A DNA stretch of 64,000 nt from NCBI GenBank assembly GCA_964016885.1, contig OZ024743.1, positions 21,700,001-21,764,000 of the forward strand, given 5' to 3'. Position 1 is the first letter of the stretch. The number at the start of each line of letters is the position of its first letter. A program made the translations under genes and the position numbers. Source of the DNA: Eledone cirrhosa. Its lineage: Eukaryota. Shown piece after piece: positions 50,752-63,100 of the stretch. A model generated the notes under the pieces. The model was given only the letters and a program-made list of their open reading frames with translations, made no database searches and was not told the origin of the DNA.

Positions 50752-53700
50752 ATGGCTGTACTCAGAATAGGCAGTATAAATGCACGTGGTCTGGAGTCAT
50801 CTTGGAAGCAGGGTCACCTGCTCAATGACCTCAGGTCATTAAACATAGATGTGGTGGCCATCAGTGAAACCAGAATCTCCGAAGCACAGGCCTTCGCACC
50901 GATCTTCGGCGGCTACGATGTATACGCATCTCCCAGCCGTCCAGGATCGGGGGAGGGGTTGCCGTCCTTTTTCGGAGAGGCTTGGATCTCACGATACGGG
51001 CCATCTTCCTGGAACCAGAAGGTAAGTCGGTGGTGCTGGACGTGACCGGCAGCGAAGGCAATGCTTTCAGGCAGCGAAGGCAATGCTTTCTGGCTGTCCT
51101 GCCCCCCAACGGGGGCAGGACAGCCAGATTTCTTCAGATGTCTAGAGACCTTTCTTGGAACGTCCCGCTCTTTAGTGTTAGTGGCCGCCTGGAACGGTAT
51201 CTTGGATGCACGCTGGGATCGTGTGGGGCTAATGGATAGGGGAGGAGTGTGCAAGAGCCTCACCAACCTGCTCAGACGTTTTTGATTGTCTGACAGGTAT
51301 CGACTGGATCACCCGAATGTGCCAATGTGGACATGGACAAACCGCATCGGGTCATCCAGATTGTATCGCGATAGGGTATTCTGCAGAGGACTAGATAAGG
51401 CTAGTATAAGTTGTCCACAATTTAAAATAGTCGACTACACATAGCACAAATTTGTGATCTGTGAGATCGACATAGACAGACTTCATAGACAAGGGCCTGG
51501 TTACTGGAAGCTGAACGCGTCTTTCCCGGCGCGCAAAGCCTACAGAGACCGGATTAGCGTATTAGTTAAGCGGGCGTTGACGGGAGCGGTCGTCAACAAC
51601 AGGTGGTGGTTCGCCCTGAAAAGGGCAATTAAAGTAGAGTCGATTAGGTTTAGCAAAGGAGTAGTGATAGAGGAAAATAGAGTAGAGGGAGAGCTAGTCA
51701 GAAAGCTAGAAGAGGCGTTTAGGACAGGCATCGCAACCGACGTGCTTGCGGCAAGATTGGCACTCGACCAATTTTTCAATGCAAAACACGAAGGCTGCGT
51801 TGATAGGTGGCAGAGGCACTACGTGGCAACAAAGCCACAATTCGGTCTTTGTCTGACCAAAACGGGTGCGTGATGCTCGAACCCGAGCGGATGTGTGAAG
51901 CTTTTCAGCAGCACTTTTCTGAACTGTTCGGGAGCGGCGGCGGCCCAGATCGGGGCATGGACTTCAGTGCATACCTTGACGGACTGTCTCGGCTCTCGAC
52001 GACCGCAGCACAGTGTTGCGAAAAGCCAATAACAGCCGGTGAAATATGGGAAGCGATGGCTAACTGCACAAGGGGTAAATCGCCAGGTTTAGATGGTCTG
52101 CCCTATGAGCTTTATGCATTTATGCCAGACTTGTTCGGTAACCTCTTGGCAGACGTCTACTGCAACTGGCAGCAGAACGGGAGCATTCCCAGTTTTGTGA
52201 GCCGGGGAGCAGCGGCGCTGCTGAGAAAAGACCTGAACAAGGGGGATGTTATCGATAATTTCAGGTCCATAACCCTGCTAAACGCAGAATTCAAGATTTT
52301 GGCCAAGGTGTTAGCAACGAGGTTGCCGCTTGTCGTCAAGGGTCTGGTGGGAGAGGTGCAGACATGCGCCATTCCGGACAGATCCATACACGACAACCTC
52401 CACCTCATGCGATACATCATAGAGAGGGTGGTTAAGGAACTTGGCAAGGGTGGGGCCCTGATCAACTTGGATCAATCCAAAGCATTCGATAGGGTCAACC
52501 ATCGCTACCTGGCGGCGGTCCTCAAGGCAGCCGGTTTCAGGCCCGTTTTCAGGGGTTGGATCGCAGCAATGTACAGTGACATCTGCTCAGTTGTGAGGGT
52601 GAACGGTCACCTGTCGCAGCCTTTCAGCATCATGTGCTCAGTCCGCCAGGGTTGTCCCCTCTCGTCCTCTTGTACGTATTAGCTCTCAAGACGTTACTGC
52701 ACAAACTGGGGGCGATGAGGGGCGTCCCACGCGAACTAGGATGCGGGAAATCCGAGTCGGCTTACGCTGATGATGTCACTGTGGTAGTGTCGAGCACCAG
52801 ACACGTCCAGATGCTCGGCACTGCTCTCAAGGAATACAAAGCGGTGACAGGAGCAAAGATAAACCAGGAAAAGTCGGTGGGCTTGCAGCTCGGCACCTGG
52901 AGAGACAAGTCCATGCCATCCGACAGCGTCGTGGGGTGTTGGACGGACGGACCGGTTAAATTGCTCTGGGTCTGGTTCGGACCGGACCTCCAGATGGAGA
53001 AAAACTGGAACGAGCTGACGAGCAGGGTGGCCTCCCTCACCCAGAAATGGGCTGAGAGGAAGCTGTCCCTGAAAGGCCGGGCGGAGGTGGCGAATGCGTA
53101 GATCGCATCCGTCATCTGCTACCGCCTCACCGTCGACCCTTGCTCCAGCCCAACCCTCACCAAAATTGAGCGCTTCCTTTTCCGCTTTTTGTGGAAGGTA
53201 CGCGCTCCCATGGTCAGACGATCCATCTGCTGGCAACACCCGTTGCGTGGAGGACTGGGCATGCCATGGCTGATGATGCACAAACATGCGCTGAGGCTAC
53301 GACATCTCTGGTGCTTCCTTGATGGTGAATGGGTGTGGTCGCCGTTCGCCAGGCACATTTTCCCACAGCTCGTCTCCTTGACGGAGTTGCAGTCCTGGGT
53401 CAGAAAAAGACCGAGGGATAGCGCTTGGAAACTGGAATGTCTCCAGGCGCTCACTGCCCTCTCCCAGTTGGGTACAAGTATCGGTGGAACATCCACCTCA
53501 GCGTTCTATAGAGGATAGTGGAGGGGAAGTGCGACGACGTTCTCAGAGAGATCCTGGGCATCGAAGAAGATCAGTTGTTTGCTCTCTTCCGAATAATTTT
53601 CAGCCCGGGGCCTATGGATAACTTCCAAAAATCCTTGGCCTGGCAGCGCTACCGGTTCGAGATAAGCTCTACAGGCACGGAAGTGCCGTCAGCTGAGCCT

Positions 53701-54116
53701 GTCCGAGATGCGTGCAGAGCGACGAAACCATTGTGCACGCACTCGTTCAGTGCCCGAGCATTGCTGACTTGTGGAGCTATGTCGAACAGTTGCTGTTGCG
53801 TGTGGGACTGATCCGGTTATCGATTGAGTCCATTGTGAAGATGGTCTCGCCGTCTTCCTTCGAGGAGGAAGGGCAGGCGGTTTTCATCTGCCTGGTGGCC
53901 ATGGCGAAAGAGATTGTGTGGTGGACAAGGTTAAAAGGGTTAAAGACAAACACTTTCCTCTTCGGCGAATCCCTAATTAACTTTTTCAAGTTTCACTTGA
54001 ATAGGAAAATCAGGGTGGAGAGGCAAGTGTTGCTTTCTAGCAAGTTTGTTGTAAGGTGGGTGAATGTAGCGAGAATGGTCCGAGTGAATGGGACCACTCT
54101 GTATATACGTCTGTAG
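50752..54116 (+). pseudogene. ORF2 APE endonuclease + reverse transcriptase + CCHC, multiple frameshifts and stops
   Basis: SINARGL, ISET, GYWKLN, KSPGLDGLP, LDQSKAFDRV, VRQGCPLS, AYADD, GGLG, ETIVHALVQC spread across several frames. Confidence 0.92.
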
Positions 54117-54423
54117 TTTGAGAGATGGAAAAATTGAGAGAGGGCGCTTGTCCTGGTGGTCAGGGTGGCCGTGGTCTTTTGTGTGGTTTCGCCACGAGTA
54201 ACCCTCGAAGGTTTCCCCCTTACTGGGGAATTTTTCATTGTTTCAATTTTCAATTTTATTGTTTATATATATATATGTTTTGTGTCTTTTTTTTTCTTTT
54301 CTTATATAAATAATAAAAATATTTACACGCACAAAACCCACATCGTACCGTCCGGTGCTGTCTGTAATGTTTTTCTTGATGTCAGCTCTTGTGGCCAATA
54401 AAGAAATCATTATTATTATTATT

Positions 54424-54491
54424 CAGTAATGCACTGGGTAATTGCTGGCCTTGTGCCTAAAGTAGAAACAATTATTATTATTATTATTATT
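54424..54491 (+). mobile_element. SINE 3' end with (ATT)n
   Basis: CAGTAATGCACTGGGTAATTGCTGGCCTTGTGCCTAAAGTAGAAACA(ATT)n. Confidence 0.85.
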
Positions 54492-54539
54492 CAACCATGT
54501 CATTCACCACAAGATGGCAAACCAATGTGCACACTTATT

Positions 54540-54820
54540 TAAACCCAGTGCACATTGTAAAGTGGTAGTGTTAGTGCCATGATAAAAAATCCCCCATTCT
54601 ACACTGTGAGGTGGTAGTGACAGTGTCACAATAAACACACCCAGTAGAAACTATGAAGTGGTTGGCATTAGGAAAGGTGTCCAACTGTAGGAATCATGCC
54701 AGAATGGAACATATGAGTGAGATACAATCATCTGACATGTCTAACCTCACAACATGGCAGCCTGTCTAACCCATGGAAAATAGAAATAAAATGAGGATGA
54801 TGATGATAATGATGATGATG
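54540..54820 (+). mobile_element. RTE-tail SINE with reiterated modules
   Basis: Three ..GTGGTAGTG..GTG.CA..AAA..CCC modules, then GGTTGGCATTAGGAAAGG and (TGA)n. Confidence 0.65.
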
Positions 54821-55439
54821 TTGATCCATGTCAGCTTGGTAAAAAGGCTTAATTTTAACTGTTACCCCCTTTCTGACGTGATTGTATGATTGCAGCAAGG
54901 GTGCCATACTGCAATGTCCAGTGTTGAATCAGATCTTTGTTTCTACTATGGTATTTGTTAGATGGGTGGTTTCAGGCCACCTAGTACTAATGTAGGTCAG
55001 TAAGTGAGGGAGGCAGGGGTCCAACTACGTCAATATGGATATGTTGAAAATATGCACCAGGGTTGAAGGTGCCAAACAGTGTTTTCACCTGCAGGTGTAT
55101 TTATGCTTTCTGGCAAGCAACATTTTCCTGTTCACAGATGAATGTAAATTCATGTCAGATGTGAATGTGCACTTCTGGCATGACATGTGCACAGCACTTT
55201 CTATAGGTAAATTTGGATGAAAGCATACGCACCTCATAGATCTACCTGCAGCTCATACACATATCAGGTAGACTGGCTTACATCTGGTACATACAGACAC
55301 AGTATGTATATTCTTATAACTAAAACACCTTGTACTGATGCTCATACGTGTATGTATTGTCAGTTTTATTTCCTACTCACTACCAAGCACATGCATTACA
55401 CAACCCTCCACACACATTTGCCAAACAAACAAATGGTCA

Positions 55440-55784
55440 AGAGGACCCTTCAGTCATGTCAAGGACATGGCAACCCTCCTAGTGTTGGTGATTCACACAA
55501 TAAACACACCCAGTACACTCTGTAAAGTGAGTGGTTAGTGATAGAAAGGGCATCCAGCTATAGAAATCTTGACAAAAAAAGGGTTGGAAGAACCCTCAGT
55601 TATGGCAAGGGCATGACAACCTGTGCTGAACACTCAGTGGAACATGAGACTGTACATAAGTGTGACACAGATCCCTGGTCTGCCTGGAAGATCAGTGGCT
55701 CCAGTTCAGTACTGACTTGGTCTGTATGAACCTGTCAAACCCTTGCTAGCAGGGAAAGTGGACATTAAAATGATGATGATGATG
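55440..55784 (+). mobile_element. RTE-tail SINE
   Basis: CACCCAGTACACTCTGTAAAGTG..AAGGGCATCCAGC..CCCTTGCTAGCAGGGAAAGTGGACATTAAAA(TGA)n; related to 62330-62738. Confidence 0.7.

Positions 55785-55792
<8 letters not shown>

Positions 55793-55862
<70 letters not shown>
55793..55862. repeat. (TG)n microsatellite
   Basis: Directly visible. Confidence 0.97.
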
Positions 55863-55863
<1 letters not shown>

Positions 55864-55997
55864 ACGTGCGTGTGTATACAGATTCTATGTTTGATAAAAT
55901 TAGTTTCAGTAATATACTTGTACTGATTTAGTTGACTCTTCTGACACACCAATTTGTAGTATTATACCTAGATTAGAAATTATATGCTTGGTTTAAA

Positions 55998-56241
55998 ATT
56001 AGTCCTTTTGATACCAAACAGCTAGAAACTGGTCCTTGCACTTTGATATTTAGCTGTTTATTTTAAAGTGCTTATATTTAACTAAAATCTTTCAATCCTT
56101 TTTATATAAGAAATGTTGTTCAATACACCAGCTTAATGAGAAAGTTAATTATATTAAAAATTCATTCTAAATATTTTATTATTTTCAAAATTATTTGAAC
56201 ATCACAGGCAGCATCTTTCATTAGAATTACGAAAAGGTTAA
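55998..56241 (-). mobile_element. TTAA-type MITE, family B
   Basis: CCTTTTGATACCAA...ACGAAAAGGTTAA. Confidence 0.55.
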
Positions 56242-56856
56242 AATATGAAAGGGTTAAAAAGGCCAAAAAAATTATCAATTCAGCAAATGGAGAGACTCTA
56301 AAAAAGTAGAACTCGTGTTAATGGCTCTAAATAGTTTTCCAAGACAGCATTGCAGCTACTTAAATAACAAAATGTTTGTAGGTCAACTATACAGGGTAAA
56401 ATATTAGTTCACTGTCCTCACAGGCACAAAATAAATTAGACACAAACAATTACATAAAATTCAAAGTAAATATGTCAACTTGACATGTTCTAAGCATGTG
56501 TACATGCAAAGCGACACATACAATGACATGATTGCACACACACAAACACACATGCAAGGAACATGATGGAGAAAAAAATGAGACTTTATTTGGAACAACT
56601 TAAACATTAATTCTAGTTCGTTCTATACTATTCATGACACAATAGCTAGTAGCTTGGTAATTGTTTCAATCACTTGCTAAATTACAGAATTGCTGTCTAA
56701 GTATGTATTAAAATGTCATGGATAGATGACACCAAAATAGCATAATTAATTACCTAGGTTATTGGATTATATAGTAGAATCTGTAGAGTTTGTGATCTTT
56801 GGTTAAGCTCCTTTATGTTCTGTGTTCAAGTACTGCCCAAGTTAACTTTGCCCTTT

Positions 56857-57070
56857 ATCCCTTTAGCATTTACATTACTTTATATATACTATTATATTTT
56901 CATGGTAAAGGCTTTACCTCACATAATATTGGATCTATGAGATTTTGATGATATTTATTTTGAGAACAATACCTTAACATCAGTATGAGCTGCTGGTTAC
57001 AGCTGGTTTGAACAGGAAGAGGTGAGAGAATTCTAGCCAGATATAGCTAGTTTAAATGCTAAAGGGTTAA
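56857..57070 (-). mobile_element. TTAA-type MITE, family A, following a SINE remnant
   Basis: CCCTTTAGCATTTA...TAAATGCTAAAGGGTTAA; preceded by GTTAACTTTGCCCTTTAT. Confidence 0.88.
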
Positions 57071-57335
57071 GGAAGGTGAAGTTAGAGAGAGAGGTGTTGT
57101 TCTCCACATTAAATTTGTTGACTGATGGGTGAGAGTGGTGCACATGACATCATGTAAATTGTCTTATGCTGAGCATGCACCAATATGACCGGGTAATGAG
57201 AGCTGAGAGAAGGACTCTTACCCTTTAGGGGGTTTCTGTTGATGTTTTTTTTCTTTTTTTAGGACTATTATGTAAACACTGCTGTGTTTGTATCCTGTTC
57301 TTTGGTTCATCCTCATTATGTTTGAACCTTAATTG

Positions 57336-58232
57336 CTTCTTCTTCACCCACTTATTCCTGAGAGGGTCATGGGGACAGAGTCCTCAAACACTCCTTCCAG
57401 CAGGTCCTGTCAGAAGTAACCATCTCCAACTAATCTGGCTGAATCCCTAAATGAGACCAGCCAAGCTCCTGCTGGCTGGTTTTGCCCATAAAATCTGTCC
57501 AGCAATTCTTTCCTGAAACATTTAAACCCCATGCCCATAGTATCGGAGCTGTGATCATTCAATTTGGGGAAGTAGCAGCTCTACCTGGAGTGACTCTCTG
57601 ATCTCTAAGCTACACTCTCTATCAAGTAATGTGACTCTAAAGCCCCTTCAGAAGAACCCCATTTCAGCCACTTATATTTGCAATTGTATTCTTTCAGTCA
57701 TTACCTAAGGTTCATGAACATACATAAGGGTTGGCTTTATGTCTCTGTATGAATGCCCGAGTATTTGTGCTCAGATAAATGGTGCAAAATCGAAACTATT
57801 CAATGTGGGAGTTGGACTTGGCTAAGGGTGCATACTGTCACCTCTCCTGTTCATTATTTTCATGAACAGGATTGACATGCACAGCTGAGTTGGAAGTTGT
57901 ATCACAATTGTCAGGTGTAGAATCAGTTGGCTGGAATTTGCAGATGACATGGTATTACTTAACTCAACAGAAGGTGATCTCCAACTTGCACTTGACAAGT
58001 TTGATGCCAAGTGCTGCATGGTTGGAATGAAAATCAATGCTGTGAAAACTGAGACATGCCTCCTCTCAAGGAAGCCTGCTCGGTGACTCTACATATGAAT
58101 GAAGTTCCACAGAAGCAGGTGGAGAAGTCCAAGTATCTCAGGGCCATGTTCACAAGTGATGGAAGGTGAGAAACTGAATTAAGTTAAAGAATTGCAGGAG
58201 CTGGTGTAGTAATGCACCAGATTCAGCATTCA
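57336..58232 (-). mobile_element. Second RTE family copy with 5' inversion
   Basis: 57336-57735 is the reverse complement of the 3' end with (GAA)n tail; 57740-58232 is plus-orientation match to 17952-18407. Confidence 0.8.
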
Positions 58233-58959
58233 TGCTTTTGTTGCTAATAAAGAAATTATTGTTTTTCTTAATATTATTATTACTTCCTCATACTCAGACT
58301 GATCTTTTGTTGTCAAAATTACTCTGCTGGAACAGGTCATAACAAATGATTAAGAGTCTTGCTATTCCTTATGAGCCACTACAATTGTAGTACCTTCTCA
58401 AAATTCTGGCTGTTTGAAAACTTTCTCAGCAATTCAGGACACATTTCAACAACAATTTTTCAAATACAATTTTGCTTATTATTTGGCACAACATCAAGAG
58501 CTCCAACTATTACCAGAATGACTACTATCCTATTCAGTTCCCAACATCACTTTATTTCATGTTTTATGGTTTAATATTTTATCATTAACTTTATTACCGT
58601 TATTATCAACATCATCATCATTTAGTCAAGAACTGGAGTCTGACTCTTTGGTGTCTAATGTGGTTTGCAGCAGTCTAAAGGATTCAAAAGCAAAATTTAA
58701 TTCAGCACTTAATGTTAAGCTGTAATTCAAAGTTGCAGCCATGTTGACACAAGGGAATGAAGTTGACTGCTCTTTAGCATCAAGTGAGATCGTAGAGTAT
58801 AAGTATAAAAAAATAGACAGTGCATTAACAATTTAACATATGTTGTTTCCATTATAACACACACATATATATATATATATATATATCGATCGACTTTCGT
58901 CAAATTGGACCGAGGAAACAATGTTTTCGTCAGTCTTTCCAGTTGCTAGTACTATCTAT

Positions 58960-59083
58960 CGGTTGCAACTCCAGGAGAAGGAGCAACGGGAAATAAAGTG
59001 TCTTGCTGAAGGACATAATGCATCGCCCAGTGCAGGAATCGAACTCACAACCTCACGATTGTGAATCCAATTCACTAACCACT
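58960..59083 (-). mobile_element. tRNA-derived SINE head
   Basis: Minus strand AGTGGTTAG..GAGTTCGATTCC..AGACACTTTATTTC; same family as 5159-5410. Confidence 0.75.
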
Positions 59084-59800
59084 CGATTTTGAGTAATGCC
59101 ATCACTTGATACTTATGCATGAGTATCATGGATGTAGCTTTTTAGTCCTGTTAGGGACTTGCCTATGGCCAATAATACCATGCATCGCAAAAAATGTCAC
59201 ATGAAGTGATGCCTGTGTTTGAGGCTTTTTTAAGAGAGGAAAGACTTTGCACAGGGCCAGTCCCACTCTCTGAACATTGAATGCATTTGCCCAAAAGAAC
59301 TGGTCATTGGATGCAAACGACGTCACAGGTTTTATACACACACACTCATATATATATATAATCTGTATTCTATTTTTATGCCTACTTATAGTTGCGTACT
59401 TTGAAACATATCATCATTCCTTCATATGGCATCATTTATTGTAGTAACATATATAAAATATGTTAAATGTTCAAAGTCAAATACCTCTACCTCTAAATAT
59501 AACAAAACACCTTAAGCAGAATCATGTCATGAAAGCATGTAGTTCAATACTGAACCCAATTAGCTAAGTCACTGTCTTTATATTACATCTATGATGTAAT
59601 ATCTTCTCATGATACAGCCAATGAGTCATTCATCTTGCTAAAAATAGAATTCAAATTTTCCTCATATCATATCCTACTGTCTTGAAAAAAGGATGAAACA
59701 CAAAGTTGACCTTTGCAGAATTTGAACTTAGAGCACAGACAGCGACAACAAATAGTGCAAGGAACTGAAATTTAGGTTCCTCTTTCTCTTTATATATATA

Positions 59801-59937
59801 TATTGACCTACACGTCAATACTCATCTTTTTTCCATTTCTTAAGGGTTCTAAACCCCACTATCAGGCTAAAATTCCTTAAGTAAAAAAATACAGCAAAAG
59901 CTTCTATTTCTATTTTCAAACTTGCTCGCTGTTTCAA
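59801..59937 (-). mobile_element. Family Q element between (TA)n tracts
   Basis: Reverse complement of 6455-6593; terminal hairpin TATTGAC/GTCAATA. Confidence 0.7.
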
Positions 59938-60424
59938 TATATATATACATTTGTTGTCAATATATATATACATGCTAAACCCATGCTAGTGTGAAAGATA
60001 GACGTTAAACCATGATGATGATGATGATGATATACACACAGTACAGTAAATATTAGCCATATGAAGTTGTGCATAAATATATACAGCTATTATACATATT
60101 TCTCTGGGGTCAAGGCACGAGTTCATCAGATAGCATTCAGAGATAAAGACAAGCATCTTCTAAAGTTTATTGATACAAGGGCCAGCATAGAGCCTGTTCC
60201 CATCTAGCTAGCTGGCCTCTGAATGATTTAGAACATGGAGGAGGGCAGTAATTTTAAATAAGAATTGATTCAGAATGTGATGACCTATTCGACCCAAGCC
60301 AGCATGGAAATCCTTCTCATCATCTTTTTATGTCCCCTTACAATGGTGGTATGGGGGGGGGGGGGCGTCACCGTCTGAGACTATACAGATTGGAGCGACA
60401 AATCTTACTCATTATATTCCATAT

Positions 60425-60536
60425 TTCAAATCCCGCCGAGGTTGACTTTGCCTTTCATCCTTACGGGGTCGATAAAATAAAGTACCAGTAATGCACTGGA
60501 TAATTGCTGGCCTTGTGCCTAAAGTAGAAACAATTA
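60425..60536 (+). mobile_element. 5'-truncated SINE with probable target-site duplication
   Basis: TTCAAATCCCGCCGAGG..GTAGAAACA flanked by the direct repeat ATTATATTCCATATTT (60411-60426 and 60533-60548). Confidence 0.88.
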
Positions 60537-60999
60537 TATTCCATATTTGGCATATTTTCTATGACTTGATGCCCTTCAAGAGCAAGACAACCTCTCTAGC
60601 ATTTATAACACAATAAACACCCTCTATACTCTGTAAAGTGGTTGGTGATAGGAAGGGTACCTAGCCACAGTAAACATGCCAAACAAAGGATTGAGAGAAC
60701 TCTGCAGACACGACAACCTCCCAAGTGTTGGTGCCACAACAAACTGCACAGAATTTTCTCTTTAAGTCTACAAGATATGGACAAGGAAATGTTCTCCAAG
60801 AAATCTTCACTCTCTTCTATGTCTAAAGATAAACAAGCGATTAAACCCTACATTGAGTAGATTGTGAGAATGTATGTGAGATGTAAGCCTCCAGCTCATC
60901 TGAGAGGTCATTAGCTCTGAATAGATAGTAATTTTGTCTGACGATTGTCTCCAAAACTTACTATCAGGAAAAGCAAATATTAAATGATTATAATGAGCT

Positions 61000-61317
61000 T
61001 TTTCTTCTTCTACTTCACCCACTTATTCCTGAGAGGGTCATGGGGGCAGAGTCCCCAAACACTCCTTCCAGTGCGTCCTGTCAGAAGCAACCGTCTCCAA
61101 CTGATCTAGCTTGATCCCCAAGCTTGACCAGCCAACCTCATGGATGTTATCCAACCCAGGGTCTACCCCTGGGTCCCTTGCTGGATGGTTTTTGCATGTA
61201 AAATCTGTCCAGTGATTCTTTCCAGAGACAATCTAACCACAATCAGAGAGTCACTCCAGATAGAGCCGCTACTTCTCAGAATTGAGAGATCACAGCTCCG
61301 ATGCTATGGGCATGTGG
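61000..61317 (-). mobile_element. Second RTE family short copy with 5' inversion
   Basis: 61000-61240 reverse-complement 3' end; 61242-61317 plus-orientation match to 18602-18680. Confidence 0.8.
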
Positions 61318-61689
61318 ATGATAATGATGATATGTAAAAAATCGTTATTTTTATCAGTCATCTAAGACATTCTACATATAACTGTTACTCCAACAACTGT
61401 TTGGCTTTGTTGGTTGATTTTATTTCAAATTTTGTTTCAGTATAAAGAACATCTCCTTACGTTCTATTTTAAAATATTTGCATTTTTGATATTCCTAATC
61501 TTTTCGTCCTCCTTTCTCACTATTTATCTTACATTTTGTGTTTTTCATTCACTGTCTCCCACCCTTTCACATGCACACACAGACATCTTTCATTTAATTT
61601 AAAGCATTTTATCTTTTGTATTTTATAACCTTTCATGTCAGAAGATTACACTGCTTTTTTAAAAGTCATGGCCATAAAGATAACACATA

Positions 61690-61699
61690 CTATACATAC

Positions 61700-61730
<31 letters not shown>

Positions 61731-61792
61731 TGTATGTACATACGTATGTATGTATGTATGTATGTGTGTGTGTGTCTATATATATATATATT
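61690..61792. repeat. (TATG)n/(TG)n/(TA)n compound microsatellite
   Basis: Directly visible. Confidence 0.95.
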
Positions 61793-62329
61793 AGATAAAT
61801 GAAACAAAAACAGATACAAAAATACAAAGTCTTATTAGGTTCATGCTTAGAGATATATGTAACACACACACACACATATATACGTATATATATATATATG
61901 ACATTATATATGACTAACTTTAATGAAGCAGTTGATAGTTCAAGATAACTAATATTGCCAGTCACCCACTTCTTATAATCTCTTGCATGTTTAGAGAGTA
62001 AAAATGGATGGAAAGAAAAGACTATTCAACTATCAATATGTTGATAATGAATGAGTTGAAATCTTCTAAAAGTGTCTTGTCATGCTACAGTACTGTAGAA
62101 CACATACATGTTCTACAGTACTACTTTAGTTCTCTTAATTCTAAGTATTTGGTTGTTCTCTGCTCTATGTAGTAGACTTGCTATGTAATAAACAACTTGT
62201 TTTAGTTGCGTGAAATTTCTCTATTGTCTGCTGAAATTTATGGGAGTCAAAGGTGGTTGCTTAACATTCCTTCTATTATAATGCTATTCACATTAACACA
62301 GGGAAAGAGAAACAGAGAAATAATCTACA

Positions 62330-62738
62330 TGATAAATTCACTCAGTACACTCTGTAAAGTGTTTGGTGGCAGGAAGAGCATCCAGCCATAGGAAGCTTGG
62401 TAAATGAAGGGTCAGAAGAACTATTTAGTCATGTCAAAGACTCAACAACCTCACTACATGATAAACTCACTCAGTATACTCTGTAAAGTGGTTGTTGATA
62501 GGAAGGGCACCCAGCCAAACAAATCAATCAGGAGGACTCTTCTGCTGTGTCAACAAGACAGCCTTCCTGGTGTTAGTGCCATGATAAAATGTACTCAGTA
62601 AAGCACAGGAACATATGTAGGTGAGATGTAGGCTCCTGGCTCATCTTAGAGGCCAGTAGTTCTGCTTCAGTATTGACTCATTCTGTAAAGACCCATCTAA
62701 CCCTTGCTAGCAGGGAAATGGATGTTAAATGATGATGA
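62330..62738 (+). mobile_element. RTE-tail SINE with internal ~130-bp duplication
   Basis: CTACATGATAAA.TCACTCAGTA.ACTCTGTAAAGTG occurs at ~62325 and ~62454; (TGA)n end. Confidence 0.65.
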
Positions 62739-62769
62739 GAGGGAGAATGTTTGTGGAAAGTTGAAGCAT

Positions 62770-63100
62770 GTTGGCAAGCAGCTTCATGTCAATCAGTTTG
62801 GTAGACTTTTTTGGGATATGATCTATTATGTCTGTGCATGAGTTGAAGCATTTTCCTTCTTGAAGCAGTGTTCCATTGTGGATCTTCCTGGAGCTTTGTA
62901 AAGGGTTATTTGTTATGGGAGGCTACATTATTTTTTGGCTATGAAAAACAGTCAAATTGAGTTAGTATGGAGAGGAGCCCTGTGGACGAGTTGTTGGACA
63001 ACCACACTGAATTTGTTCAGAATTGCTGAAAGAGATACTGGACAAATGAAATGTAAAACACTTCTTCACATTTGCATACAGGCTGAGTGGAAATAGGATT
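62770..63100 (-). mobile_element. Possible highly degraded Gypsy gag fragment
   Basis: Minus-strand pieces such as TASRRKMLQLMH weakly resemble gag S..RL.QLL; many stops. Confidence 0.25.

Larger units (their letters stand above)
48518..54423 (+). mobile_element. Near full-length L1/Tx1-like LINE, inactivated
   Basis: 5'UTR with poly-T, ORF1 with zinc knuckle, ORF2 APE-RT-CCHC, 3'UTR ending GGCCAATAAAGAAATC(ATT)n. Confidence 0.92.
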
